Of a stretch of 64,000 bases of DNA, positions 50,891-63,746 are shown one piece after another. The stretch covers positions 186,001-250,000 of the forward strand of contig CBFFRP010000041.1 of NCBI GenBank assembly GCA_965644295.1, read 5' to 3'. This stretch comes from Paraphysomonas bandaiensis (taxonomy: Eukaryota; Protista; Chrysophyceae). The notes under the pieces are model-generated. The model did not search any database and was not told the origin of the DNA. It worked only from the letters and a program-made list of their open reading frames with translations. Numbering within the stretch: the first letter of the stretch is position 1; each line of letters opens with the position of its first letter. The position numbers were made by a program, and so were the translations under genes.

Positions 50891-51890
50891 CCCCCTTATA
50901 ATATTGAACATTTCTGATAATTACCTGCAATGAAGAACGCTATTCTTGTTCAATATTAGAAGTCGTACTCTCTCTGTCAAGCTATTCACGAAATAGTAAA
51001 CTCCAAACTGTTAAACGTATGCTGTCCTCCTTGAACAACTAGAGACTGACGGAATATATTTTTCTTATGACTTGCGAGAGTACCTGTGTAAACGGACAAT
51101 AAACAAGATACCAGTGAAATGATCGTCATATCCACCCATTTTGGTCACAACACCAAAATTATTATTCGATTCCAAACTATAATAGATCGTCATATCTCTT
51201 TCGTATTTATTGCACACAAGGTGTTGGAATATTACCTCCTCGAAGCAAGCCAACAAGAAGTTGTCACTTTCTTGACAGCGTATGGCTTTTGCATTGCATA
51301 TCGTGAATATAGAGTGATTGCTGAGTTCTATATGAATATTCTCGTTAGCTGGTATTTTCCAAGTACAGCATAGTTTTATATTATTGTCATGAATACAATA
51401 AACAATAAAGAACATGTGTACTGTGATATACAGCTGTATTCGATAGAGACGTTTATACGACTTCATAGTTATCACGAGCCATATCTGGTGTTGTCAACCT
51501 CTCTACTCACTACTTACTACCGATTACCGATCGAGCTAATGTTTTCTTCTTAGCACCCAAAGTTTAATCATCAACACTGACATTTTTAGTGCTACTTCAA
51601 GGGTCGAGGAGCAGAACGGTATCTAAATCATCAAACTATAGTTCTGGTGTACCAGTAATCTCATAACATGAACGACTAACTGTTCAGAAGTTTTTGAATT
51701 ATAGTTTCGACAATACAAAATAAAAGCGTAATGCAGAGTATTAACGAAAGTTTTGCCAGGCAGCAAAAGAAATGTGACTGCATGCGTGATTAGAAATGCG
51801 TTAAAGGTCTGTACTGACTTCACAAACAAACTGCCACAAATTATCCCAAACGCAAATATTCTATCACTCCATAATATAGCAGTATACTGA

Positions 51891-54353
51891 TTACATCACT
51901 GTATACGCAGGTCCTCCACCACCCTCCGGAACAGTCCACCTGATGAACTGATCCGGTGTCTTGATTGAGCAACACTTACAGTGTACACAGTTCTGAGCAT
52001 TTATGATCAGGCTCCGAGTGTGGTTGTTCTCTTCAGTAGGCTCCGAGTACTCGTACACACCTGACAATATAGGTGGCGGTCAAATGACAGTATGTAGGCA
52101 ACACATAAAGGGAAAGAATGATATAGCCACACTAAATTAAGCAGTCACAATTTGCTCACCGGCGGGACAAAATCTCTGCTCAGGACCAGCGAATTCTTTT
52201 AAGGAGGTTTCTAGAGTCCAAAGACATAAATAAATGAAATTATATCTATACCCACTCACCCTTTGCGACCTGCGCTTTGTCCTCCTTCACCTTGAGATGG
52301 GCCGGTTGGTCGTGGTCATGAGATGTACCTACGATTCATTAGCAATAACCTCGATAACTTGAAACAATAACCCTGAGCAAATAACTTACCCGATCGCTGG
52401 AGATTTGTCAACAAGTCAAACGATAATTTTCCGTCTGGCTTCGGGTATGGGATCTCACTACAATCTTTAGCAGGCTTAGTCTGATCACAGTCTCTAGTGG
52501 TGTTCCTATAATATATATTATAAACTAAACAAGCATTTATAATCACGCATCTATACACTCATAAACAAATATATATCAAAATCTCGCAAATGCATTACAC
52601 ATGAGGCCTGAACTACTACATATAAAACAGATATTTATCATGGCAATACCCATCGCTGGAGAATAACACCCAGGCTGATGGACTAGTGATGTTAAGCCTT
52701 CAAATACTTACTTTAAGGTCCACGGTTCTTTGCCCCGGGTAATAAAGCTGGACAACGCCGTATGAACCATACCACCAGCTAGTCCCAAAGGTGAGTGAAA
52801 TGATGCGTGGGAGTTGCGGCAAACTTTCAGTTCGTCAGCAATCCAGGAGGAGTGCACGGCCTTCTCGTAATCCACAACCTCAACTCCTGTAATAAACACA
52901 AACACAATTAGATACAGAACAGAGTAAATTTATGTCTGCCCCACCTCCAGCAGATGCTTCCTCGCCATCCTTTGGAGCCACAGTGTCGAAAATGCTCTCT
53001 GCCGCTAACATGCCACTCTTCATGGCAGTATGCGTGCCCTTGATTTTCACAGAGTTCAAAAATCCAGCGGAGCAACCAATGAGAGCACCCCCTGAAATAC
53101 AATTAGCCAATATGTCCCTTAACGACATTATATTTTCTACCTGGGAATGTGAGCTTTGGAATCGCATGGTATCCACCCTCATTCAGACATCTTGCTCCAT
53201 ACGCAATACACTCTCCACCTTCTAGGTACTTGGCTACATCTTTGTGGTGCTTCCACCGCTGGAACTCCTTATACGGATTCAAGTAGGGGTTCTGGTAGTC
53301 GAGGCCAACAACCATGCCTAACAAAAATATACGGATCACTCAGACACACAAAACTGGCCAAAATACCTAGCTGGATTAGGTTGGGCTTCATGTGATAAAG
53401 GAACGTGCCCCCATAAGTGTTGCTGATTGGGGAATCGTGAAGAGGCCATCCCACGGTATGTTGGATAAGTCCAGGCGTTAAATTACTCTCAGGAACCTAT
53501 GTAACAAAATGGTTAAGCCATATCCGGAATTTTTCCAACCTACAGGGACTAATTCTACCAACATGTTTAAAAACGGCGGACCGCGACACATCTAGATCAA
53601 AGAACTGACCTGCCACACTTCCTTGATACCGAGACCATATGACTGTACATCTTTTCCATCTTGTAGATTAAATTTCTCGATAACATCAGTCGAGCACGAT
53701 CCTCTGCATCCTTCAGCGAAGAGAGTCTGTTTTGCTAAAAGTTCAACACCTCTCGTAAAAGTGCCTTTCAAAGACCCATCCTTGGCAATTCCCGCGTCCT
53801 TAGTAGCGATACCTCGAACACTGCCATCTTCAGCGTATAAAACTTCATCGGCAGCAAATCCGGGATAAATTTCAACCCCTAATTCTTCAGCTTGTTGGCC
53901 CAACCAACGAGTCAAGTTACTCAAGCTAATAATATAATTGCCATGATTATTCAACTCCGGAGGTAGAAACATATGAGGAACTTCAAGAGATCCACTCTCT
54001 GTAAGATACAAGAATTGATCTTTACCAGCAGGGGTTTCCAAAGGAGCGTCCATTTCCCTCCAATTAGGAAACAACTCGTCGAGTGCACGAGTCTCAAATA
54101 CATTCCCGGATAAGATGTGAGCTCCAACCTCCGCACCTTTCTCCACCACACATACATTGAGCTCAACACCTTTCTCATTTGCAATCTGCTTGAGACGGAT
54201 AGCAGCAGAGAGACCAGCTGGACCAGCCCCTACAGTGACCACATCATACTCCATAGCATCGCGAGGTTCCATCCCTGCGGAACAAAAAAATCGGCCAACG
54301 CGAGGCCGTTGAGTGCCAATTGAAGTCCAAGAGCGGCGCAAAAATCTATGCAT
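51891..54353 (-). CDS. ETFDH: Electron transfer flavoprotein-ubiquinone oxidoreductase
   Basis: [85 protein letters not shown]; multi-exon. Confidence 0.96.
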
Positions 54354-54423
54354 CTCTAGAAACAAACAGTCGAGACAACAATAACTAAACACAAACCAAA
54401 CACAGTCAGCACCGCAACAAGAA

Positions 54424-54431
54424 CATACATA

Positions 54432-54463
<32 letters not shown>

Positions 54464-54489
54464 CATACATACATACATACATACATACA

Positions 54490-54521
<32 letters not shown>

Positions 54522-54770
54522 CATACATACATACATACATACATACATACATACATACATACATACATACATACATACATACATACATACATACATACAT
54601 ACATACATACATACATACATACATACATACATACACACATACATACATACATACGTACATACATACATACATACATACATACATACATACATACATACAT
54701 ACATACATACATACATACATACATACATACATACATACATACATACATACATACATACATACATACATAC
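54424..54770 (-). repeat. About 350-bp (TATG)n microsatellite on the ETFDH sense strand
   Basis: Directly visible as (CATA)n on the + strand. Confidence 0.98.
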
Positions 54771-54977
54771 GTATCTAGTATACAGGAGCAGTATATGCAT
54801 GTAGAACTAATCTATTATTACGGACGATGATCTTGTACCTCTTCAGCAGTGGTGTACAGAGTGAATCAGATGATGCAGGTGGAATGTTTCTACTTGTGGG
54901 TGTAGCTTTGTTGTAGTATTGTGCGTATTGTATGTTCTGTAGCGACACCCCTATCTTGAGAGTTAAGTGACAGCGAT

Positions 54978-55510
54978 ATGGGTGACTCTGCCGCTTCAGG
55001 TTATGTTATGGATCTTGCGGAGCGTTTAGCTGATCTTTGCGCTTGTTTTTTATAGACTTAATCGATACGAAATCACTGGATTTCCAGCAACTATATGCGC
55101 TAGAAGTGCAAGCTCCATTCAGTCAGAAGATCCTTCACAGAGCCAAAACCATTGAAACTCGGGCGTATCCTCTGCCAGACTACCTAATTCATGTACCAAT
55201 ACTTCTGCTCGAATCTGAACCTGGAATTGCATGTCATTCATCTTTGGAGAATAATATAATCACTGGAAGTAACTCATCGACTTGCAGAATAATTGGAACC
55301 GTTACTTTTTCAGAATCCAAGAAGTACAGTTCTTTTCAAGAGTGGGTCGACGAAAGGGATAGGCATTTAGTCCCTGAAAATTCTCATTATGACTGGACTG
55401 ATAACAGCGAAAAGTATGGATGGATTGTTGAAAATACCAGCGAAGAATGTTGTAACGCATCACTGAAGCTCACTCGTGTCTTCCGATCCATATTTCGGGT
55501 TTCAGACTAG
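54978..55510 (+). CDS. ASCH/PUA-like domain protein
   Basis: ALEVQAPFSQKILHRAKTIETRAYPLP, IIGTVTFS, HLVP...Y.W...KYGW; short first exon MGDSAAS plus one intron. Confidence 0.72.
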
Positions 55511-55717
55511 GATATGCGTCAGATACGACGCAAAGTCTTCTGTAGCATTCACTAGTAGGTATATTGTGTTAAGGTAAATGTTTGGGTGTAGCGTTGTTTG
55601 CTATAAGTAGTACTTTTTTATTATTATAATAATTTAGTATTGATGACTGTATAGATTGAGAAAGTTAAGGCCAGGACAGTGAAATGGAACTTTGAAATGA
55701 GGATGTGGTGTTCTTGC

Positions 55718-56466
55718 CAGGGATAGGGAACAATATATTGATTGGTGGACTGGTGAAATATTCCATCAATAGTGTTTCTGCTAAAAGAGCTCACAATACT
55801 ATTGCAATATATTGCAATCAATATTATGATAGTCATATAAGAGAAGATTCTCAACTGTAGGGTGCAAAATGGATATAAATAACCGAGAAATTGATTACAA
55901 CATTACAAAGGATAATGAAGCTGATGTTGACTATGCGACTAAAAATCTTCAGTCAGCTCAAAAAATTAAGAAACGTACAGATCCACGAGTCATTAACGGT
56001 TGCCTGGCCCTGCTATGTACTTCCAATACATGGGAACGTCTGTTCAGCACAGCTAAACATATTATATCAGTGTTGCGCAAAAGTATCCATCCTACTTAAT
56101 ATACTGTTGTTTCTGAAAGCTATTGGACAGTTATTACCGGATAAAGCACTTTTCAATTAATTCTGTGAATGAACATGGTGATGTTGACGTCACCAATGAT
56201 GGCTCAGAGGGTGAGGACGAGGTGGATTTTTAGTAGTTATAAGCAGCAGTTGGTTTGGTTGTCATGTGATCTTAATGACTAATACTAAAAATGAAATCTA
56301 CGGATGTGTTTACCTACTGATTAGTCATACTAATATATTGCAATACATTGACAATATATTGCAATATATTGTAATTGTATTGTAGGACCGGTTTAAAAAA
56401 TCCATCAATACTATTGATGGAACGCTATCTAACAATAGTATTGCAATATATTGTTCCCTATCCCTG
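55718..56466 (+). mobile_element. Internally deleted hAT transposon (749 bp)
   Basis: Perfect 23-bp TIR cagggatagggaacaatatattg; perfect 8-bp TSD gttcttgc (55710-55717 / 56467-56474); subterminal caatatattg palindromes; hATC dimerisation remnant TSNTWERLFSTAKHII. Confidence 0.93.
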
Positions 56467-56598
56467 GTTCTTGCAACACAATAAAGGCATCTTATATCTT
56501 CGAAAATCATTGGAGGTATTCAGGACATCTACGAAATTAATTAACATCCTTGTAATTACGGATTCAAAATATTTTCTGCGTAATGATACAATGCAGTG

Positions 56599-57441
56599 CT
56601 AACTAAGAGCCCACTGTGTAAATTCATATGCCATAAATCTGGACGACGACACCAGGAATGCGCGCGCAACAGATGCTCCAACCCCACTATATAGTCCATA
56701 TATTCCTTTCGTTGAAATTAATTTATTTGCCACAAGCAATGCGCTCTGTGGTTTAGAGGAAATGCTAGCACCTTGAATATTTGCTTTCACACAATCCAAT
56801 GGAAAAGACACAAACCAACCAATGGCCCCTGACATGCCGCCTGATATCGCTACTGCTAAAGATATTGGAAGCCAAGGCTGTAGAATATGCTTACTGTGCT
56901 CATAAATAAAAAAATATGTACCTAAGAAGCACATTTCACGGCTTGTATTGATTCCATGACCACGGTACAAGTGTGCGATACCGTATCTAGAGTATATCTC
57001 TCTTGCGGCCCCAAATGAATTTTTTCCTTTGAATGAACTTGAAAGGCTTTCCAGTTGCATCTGTATTTTAACTAGCTCAAATGGAGTTGAAACTATAGCA
57101 GCTGCCAGTCCAGACAATGCACCAGCAACTATAACGCGAGGTTCGACATGCTCCAACACACGTCTATCTTTCTGTACATTCATCCACAGGCATAATTTTG
57201 CATACATAGTGAAGTTCATCATATTTAGAATTGTCAAAGCTGTCAGAGGTGGTGCAATTCCACGATAAAAACCCTTAACTAACCCCTCTTCTCTAAATAT
57301 ATTAATAAATGACTGGCTCATTGACTTGTATCGCTGTGGATGAGTTTGCATCCTCGTTTTTACAGTATCAAAGGGAAACCCCAAAACAGTTCCAAACACA
57401 CCTGCACATGCTCCCGAAAGAATCTCAACATGAATGGGCAT
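56599..57441 (-). CDS. Mitochondrial carrier (SLC25; carnitine/basic amino acid carrier-like), intronless
   Basis: Three Px[DE]xxK signatures: PFDTVKTRMQ, PFELVKIQMQ, PLDCVKANIQ. Confidence 0.92.
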   Translation of the reverse strand: MPIHVEILSGACAGVFGTVLGFPFDTVKTRMQTHPQRYKSMSQSFINIFREEGLVKGFYRGIAPPLTALTILNMMNFTMYAKLCLWMNVQKDRRVLEHVEPRVIVAGALSGLAAAIVSTPFELVKIQMQLESLSSSFKGKNSFGAAREIYSRYGIAHLYRGHGINTSREMCFLGTYFFIYEHSKHILQPWLPISLAVAISGGMSGAIGWFVSFPLDCVKANIQGASISSKPQSALLVANKLISTKGIYGLYSGVGASVARAFLVSSSRFMAYEFTQWALS

Positions 57442-57822
57442 GGTTGCACCAAGCTGCTGGGTTGTGCTTTTATTGCTACTGCACAATTAGTTGCATGAGC
57501 GGTTAAGAACCCCTCAAGAACAATGTAATGTATGGACTACCGCGTATAACACCGACGAACGTATATGGTATACGTATACTACTCAATATACAGTCGAATG
57601 AGTATGAATTTCAAAGTACAAATCTCAGCACACTGTACAGCATGTATGTACTGCTGTACGCTGTACTGTATATATGCCTATGTACTGTACTGCTGTATTG
57701 CTTATCTCTGTCTTGTCTACGGACTGCTATACTCTGTACATTTCTGCATACATGTACGTCTCCATACATACATACATACGCAGTGAGGGGACCTGCCTGC
57801 TGTTTATATTCCAGAGCAGAGC

Positions 57823-60800
57823 ATGAGCTGTCGAAGCAAATCTCACTCATTGAATACATCTGGATTAGTGAGTGGTATGAAATTCGGTGGTCGTTCAGAT
57901 GCATCGAAGAAGAAGCTTGTAATTAAACCGTTCAAACAGCAGCCTCGAGTCCCGGATGACTTTGAGTCCGTCTCATGGATTAAACTCAGAGATGCCGTTA
58001 GAGCTGTATGTCAGAAGACAACTATCGATACTAGTAAAGAGGAGCTCTATAGGGTAGGAGGTTATCACTCTATAGACTGGTGTTGGCTGATGTTTTGTCT
58101 GTAGCTGGTAGAAGATCTTTGTATACATAAGTTCGCCCCCTCTATATACGATAAGCTCTATGAGGAGTGCAAACAACATATACATCAAAAAGTTGATAGC
58201 CTTAGTCATCATGTAAGTAGCATAGACATGTCTTTGAAATAGCTCCTCATTGATATGTAGGAGGGTGAGATTTCCTCGTTTCTAGAGGTTGTTGACGCTG
58301 TCTGGGGAGATCACTGCGAACACATGGCGACTATCCGTAATATTTTCATATATCTGGACCAGTATGTTTTTGATCTTAGCAAGTATTGAAGTTTTTAATG
58401 ACATCATATAGGAGCTATGCGCTGCCAACATCAGGACGAGAGTCGATATGGGAATTAGGCGTCGGTATATTCCGAGAGCGGCTTGAGTCTAATCCTGAGG
58501 TCGTATTGACACACTTCGCTTTTTGCTTTCGTTAATTTATATTGCGCATTAATTCTAGATGGAAAAGAAGTTAATCACTGGAATTATGGTTGCGATTAAC
58601 GCAGAGAGGTTTGTGATCAGTGAATTTAGAAATGTCCCGTGTGATGTGTTTTCGTGTGGATTGAAGGAATGGGCGCACTGTGGATACACAGATCCTTCAT
58701 CGGGTCACGCGAATGCTCTTGTCCATGGGGACATACAAAGTGAAGTTCGAGGCACCCTTTTTACGAGAGTCTTTCTGGTATTTCCAAGAGGAAGGCATGA
58801 GAATGATAATGGATGTGGACGTTGCGGTCTATCTTCATCATGTAGAACACCGCCTGGAACAAGCGGAGAGCATGGTTACGCAGTACTTGGACCAGTACTC
58901 ACGTGCTCCTCTTATGTCTACAATAGAGGATACTCTTTTGAAGCCTCATATTGCCGCACTCGTGTCCAAGGGCGGGCCGAGTTTGCTAGAGGAAATGCGG
59001 TTGAGTGATCTCAAGCTGCTCTTCCTGATGGCAAGGAGGGTTCAGTCACTAAAGCTACTTAAAGATCTGTGGTCTGTACATTTAAGGTACATATATGTAT
59101 AGCGATATTATATCAACAGATGAACTGTTGTTAGCGAGATATTTTTTTGTGCAATTGTTGATATGAACATTTCAGAACTGTGGGAGAGTCCTATGTGGTC
59201 CCACAAGGTGACCATGGAACTAGCGAAAAAGATGTCATTGAGTCCATCCTACAATTTCAGGTAAGTCGTGCTGATCGTCATAGTTTATTCAGCTGGACGT
59301 CTATTTATTCTTATTTGCCATGGTCATAGGATAAGGCTGACACTATTCTCGTCGAAGCATTCTGCAATCACGTACGTCTTTTCTGTGACTACCAGATACC
59401 GATATAAATACTTCTACTGTAACAAATGTAATGTATATTACTATTACAGGAAGACTTTAAAAGTGCTCTGAAATCCTCGTTCGAACATTTTGTAAACATC
59501 AACCAGACGAAAGTGGCTGAGCTACTCGCGCGGTATGTGGACCGCAAATTACGAGGGGAGAAAGGGGTACCGGACTCAGATGTTGAAAACTCCTTAGAAA
59601 AGGTGGTATACTTTTAATGAAATGAGTTAATAAAACATAATATGCGGTTTTGTATGAATCATATGTATGTGTATTTTGTGCTGGATCGATGTTGGTGTCC
59701 ACTGTTTTGCGAATTGAAATGACATGAAAATAGGTACTGCGATTGTTCCGTCATCTACAAGGAAAAGATATATTTGAGGCGTTTTACAAGAAACATCTTG
59801 CAAAGCGATTACTTCTAGGTACCTGGAGTGTATTGACTTTTTGTATTCTGTCAATAATGGTCGTCATTTGACTGGTGGTATCAGGGAAGTCCTCGAACAC
59901 CGACAACGAAAAGGCCATGGTAGCGAAAATGCGAATGGTATTCCTTGTTATTCCTAATTAACAGTCCAAGTACACTGATACAATGATACGTCTTACTTTA
60001 GGAATGCGGTGTTGACTACACTTCCAAACTTGAAGGGATGTTTACGGATATTGAACTGGCACGTGACATCATGATTGCATATCGTCAACATTGTACAGGA
60101 AATAGCTCGATCACCTCTGAACCAATGGGTATGTGGTTTACAACCCAAACATTGCGATATATATCTTAACACTACTCTGTTATTTTGTTGCTTGTAGTCG
60201 TGGCGACGTCGAATGCTCGTGTAGAAATGGATACTGAAATTCATGTCCTGACTACTGGATTTTGGCCAACTTATTCTGTTGTTGAGCTAAACTTGCCTCA
60301 AGAAATTTCCCTACATAAGGTCAGTTATTCAAACAAACGGTGCTAGTTGTTTTGTTGACAAGTAGATTATTCTTTAGCATGTAACATAGCTGTTTTATTT
60401 CTGTCATTATTTTTCACAGGAGAAATTTAATGACTTCTACTTGAACAAATACCAAGGGCGTCGTCTAGCGTGGCAACATATTGTGGACCGATGCATCGTA
60501 TCGGCATACTTTCCGAGAGGGAAAAAGGAGCTTGAATTGTCACTCCTCCAGGTTCATCTGCATTATAATAATTACATCCGAATAACTGTGTAAACTGAGT
60601 AGACGACCGTATTATTGTTGTTTAACTCGACACAATCCTTAAGTTATACCGATATAAGGTGAGCTTATAGTTCTTGTTTTTGTCAATTATTGTGACTGGT
60701 GACCAGGTTAAAGACACGAGTGGTCGATGACGAGCTGCGTCGAGTAATGCAGTCTTTGGCTTGTGGTAAGCCTGGAACACGTGTGTTAGTCAAGACCCCG

Positions 60801-61499
60801 AAGGGGCGAGAGGTATACCTGTTGCATGCATGATGCTAACATATGTTGCATATGAAAGCGATGCCAAGTTGCTGTGGCTGAATCAGTGGCTTGCAGGTTG
60901 ACGACACGGACATTTTTAATGTTGATGAAAATTTTACCAACAAACTTTTCCGCATCAAGATCAACACTATACAGGTAACGGAAATGGTGTATATGAGATA
61001 TGTGTGTGTTTGGGAATGCAACGCGTTGTGATACTTGTATTTCCAGCTCAAAGAGACGGTAGAAGAGGTGCAGAAAACCAAGGAAGAAGTATTCAGAGAC
61101 AGACAGTACGAGGTAACAATCGTTTTGTACAATGAGGGACCCTTCTCTCCACTTGTTCATTGTTAATCTCTAATTCAATTTGCACAAAGCAACGTCTCGT
61201 GTGACACGTTGTGTACCCTATTAACTAACTAACTAACTATTCATGTAGGTTGATGCTATTATTGTGAGGCTGATGAAAGCAAGAAAGAAGCTGACACATA
61301 ATCAGTTAATGGGTGAAATTTTTTCTCAGCTCAAGTATGTTATTTTCTGTATCTGTGCATCCTACAATTCTTTATTCTGTGCTTATATAGGTTTTCGGCC
61401 ACGATGAGTGATATTAAGAAGCGTATTGAGAGCTTAATTGAAAGAGATTACTTGGAGCGCGATAAAGATGATAATGCGTCATACAACTATCTCGCGTAA
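57823..61499 (+). CDS. CUL4: Cullin-4
   Basis: CUL4-type KKLVIKPFK...WIKLRDAV, GKDIFEAFYKKHLAKRLLLGKS, SKLEGMFTDI, LTTGFWPTY, DRQYEVDAIIVRLMKARK (neddylation site), KKRIESLIERDYLERD...YNYLA; 19 GT-AG introns traced by hand. Confidence 0.93.
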
Positions 61500-61719
61500 T
61501 ATGTAATGAATATGATACCGGTAGTTTACGATAGGTGGTTCCAACAACTTACTTCAATACTTTAATTATATAATCAGCATTTATTCCTCTAAATTTCCTC
61601 TTGATACATAGGGTTGGTTAGAGAAACAATATCCATAACTACTAAATGGAGATCATTGTCTGTTGTTACCTGTATCCGACACTGCATAAGCATTGGTAGC
61701 TATTCATACTAGAGTTACT

Positions 61720-61826
61720 GCTCGGAAATGTGGAGTTCAGTGATACTATAGGAGATGTAATAATACAATTGGCTATATGGAGTTCAGTGACACCATAGGC
61801 GATGTATAATACAACTGGCTATATGT
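61720..61826. repeat. Imperfect tandem duplication of about 47 bp
   Basis: tggagttcagtga...atagg.gatgt..taatacaa.tggctatatg occurs twice. Confidence 0.75.
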
Positions 61827-61899
61827 ATTATGAAGTTTATTCGCAAATCAAGCCGAACTAGTTCAGGGAAAATTGTACACATAAAAGTTCGCGACATAC

Positions 61900-62550
61900 G
61901 CAGCTTATCGCAAAGACCCCACGAACAACTGACGCCAGTTACTACGTAACAGTAAAAACCATCTCCATTAACTGTTAAAAGACAGAAATGGAAACGACCA
62001 AGGGTGCTACGATTACTAGGAGTCCACATACGACCCGAGACTGGACCACCGCCCACCGCACACACGAACCCCACCACTCATACACACAGGAACATATCAC
62101 CGGCCCGCACGAAACATTCAGGCCCTAGACAACGACGCCGCCTCCGGCAACTCCACCTATGCCTGACGCCCAAACGGTGCACTGAGACAACGCCACATTC
62201 CACCACACCACCCACCTCTCAGCACACACATCTAGCACTCGGTACACTCAGGACCTTAATACAGAATCCTGTGCCTCAGAGCCAATCTCATCCCCCTGAC
62301 AACAAGCGCCAATGAGTCCTAGGACACACAAGCATGGGTCAACTCACAATCAACATTAAGAACGGAAGTTGTCGCACCTTGGTGCTTGCGGCGACGCACA
62401 AGCAGCTTCTGTAGCGCTAAATAGTAGGATAATAGAATTTGTGCTGATTAGTTACGGGTAGAGGTCGAAATAGCATGTCTAGCATTCAACTAGCCACAAC
62501 ATTAGTGCAGGTTTTTGACGCCTATTGCTAAATAATAGGACTTTCAATAA
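61900..62550 (+). mobile_element. Decayed C-rich retroelement body ending in the shared 3' tail
   Basis: Similar to 49900-50480; tail 62365-62550 is a direct repeat of 63020-63178. Confidence 0.65.
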
Positions 62551-62629
62551 TAATATTAAAACCTAAATTAAATTCTATAACTAATAAACTCACACAAAAA
62601 AGACATTTCAAGCTATACTCAACCAGCTC

Positions 62630-63178
62630 TATCCCACAACAAAGTCGGACTCGCACCTTTTCGTGGTGTTTTGGGGGACAAGTACCGGAGATATTTTTCC
62701 GGGAAACTAACGTGAGCCGCATATATAGTCAGCAGATATTGCTCTGCCCACTCATAGCCGAATCCTTGTGTGGTATAAGGGACACTAATAAGTGTCACTT
62801 GTGTAGACGTCTTTGGGCCTTGACGAATAAACAGGCACCCGGGAATGAGCCCACCTCAAGGGCATTCGGGACAGGGCCCACCTGAAAGGTAACCGGGATA
62901 TTGGGCTGCCTGCTGAAGTCAAGCCTCCGGGATGTTCACCTTAAAGACTCTTAAAACCTAAAGTTAGCAGATGTCAGGTATATCAACATTCTGCTTGCTC
63001 ATAGAGCGATAGAGCGGAGGTGGTTGCACCTTAACCTCCGTAGCGTTTAATAGTAGGATAATAGAGTTTGTACTAGTTAGTAAAAGGTAGACGTCTATCT
63101 AGCTTGACTAGCTTTCTTCTAGCCACTAAACTGGTGCTGATCCTTAACGCCTATTGCTAATAATAAGACTTTCAATAT
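62630..63178 (+). mobile_element. Best-preserved copy of a SINE-like non-autonomous retroposon (about 550 bp)
   Basis: Flanked by the 9-bp direct repeat aaccagctc (62621-62629 / 63179-63187); non-coding; multiple paralogues in the window. Confidence 0.75.
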
Positions 63179-63665
63179 AACCAGCTCCGAGCAGCCATGT
63201 ACACAACAAGAAAGGAAAAATTGGGAAGCTAAAAACATTAAGTGCGTAGAGTGAACTAATTACTTATCTACTAGTGACTGTAATTACGAGAAAGAAGTTT
63301 TTGTTTTCAGTAAACGCATTTTATTTTTACTCTTTAGTTACTCAGCGTAACTTATCGTAGTGAGTGGTAAACATAAACATGCCATGTACATATATATATA
63401 TACATACAGCCACACGCTCGAGCTGATCCATATCCATACACACAACTGTATCAAACCATTCAGTTTCAGGAATATAGAGGCGCAATAGCATGTGTCATGG
63501 TGGTTGTTCGTGCAGTAGATAGATCTCAATTGCTCTGATCTTTTCAAGGATGTTTCATCGGATCAGGCAGATATTTTCATATCCGCCTATGGAGCCGACG
63601 GTATGCCTATAGGCGGCTGGTTCGCTTGACACACTGTAAAAATCCTAATCTAGATATGCAAGTAT

Positions 63666-63746
63666 TCGAAATATTGTGATATAAAATCGAGATATTCTAG
63701 ATATAAAATCGAAATATTGTGATATAAAATCGAGATATTCTAGATT
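63666..63746. repeat. 43-bp tandem repeat built from 21/22-bp subunits (tcgaaatattgtgatataaaa / tcgagatattctagatataaaa)
   Basis: Directly visible; about two higher-order copies. Confidence 0.8.

Noticed and set aside
50930-51475. Minus-strand ORF of 136 aa
   Set aside because: No recognisable domain and no clear gene structure.
62660-62720. 5S rRNA- or tRNA-derived SINE head
   Set aside because: Only scattered identity (AGTAC...CCGGGAA) and no convincing A/B or A/C boxes.
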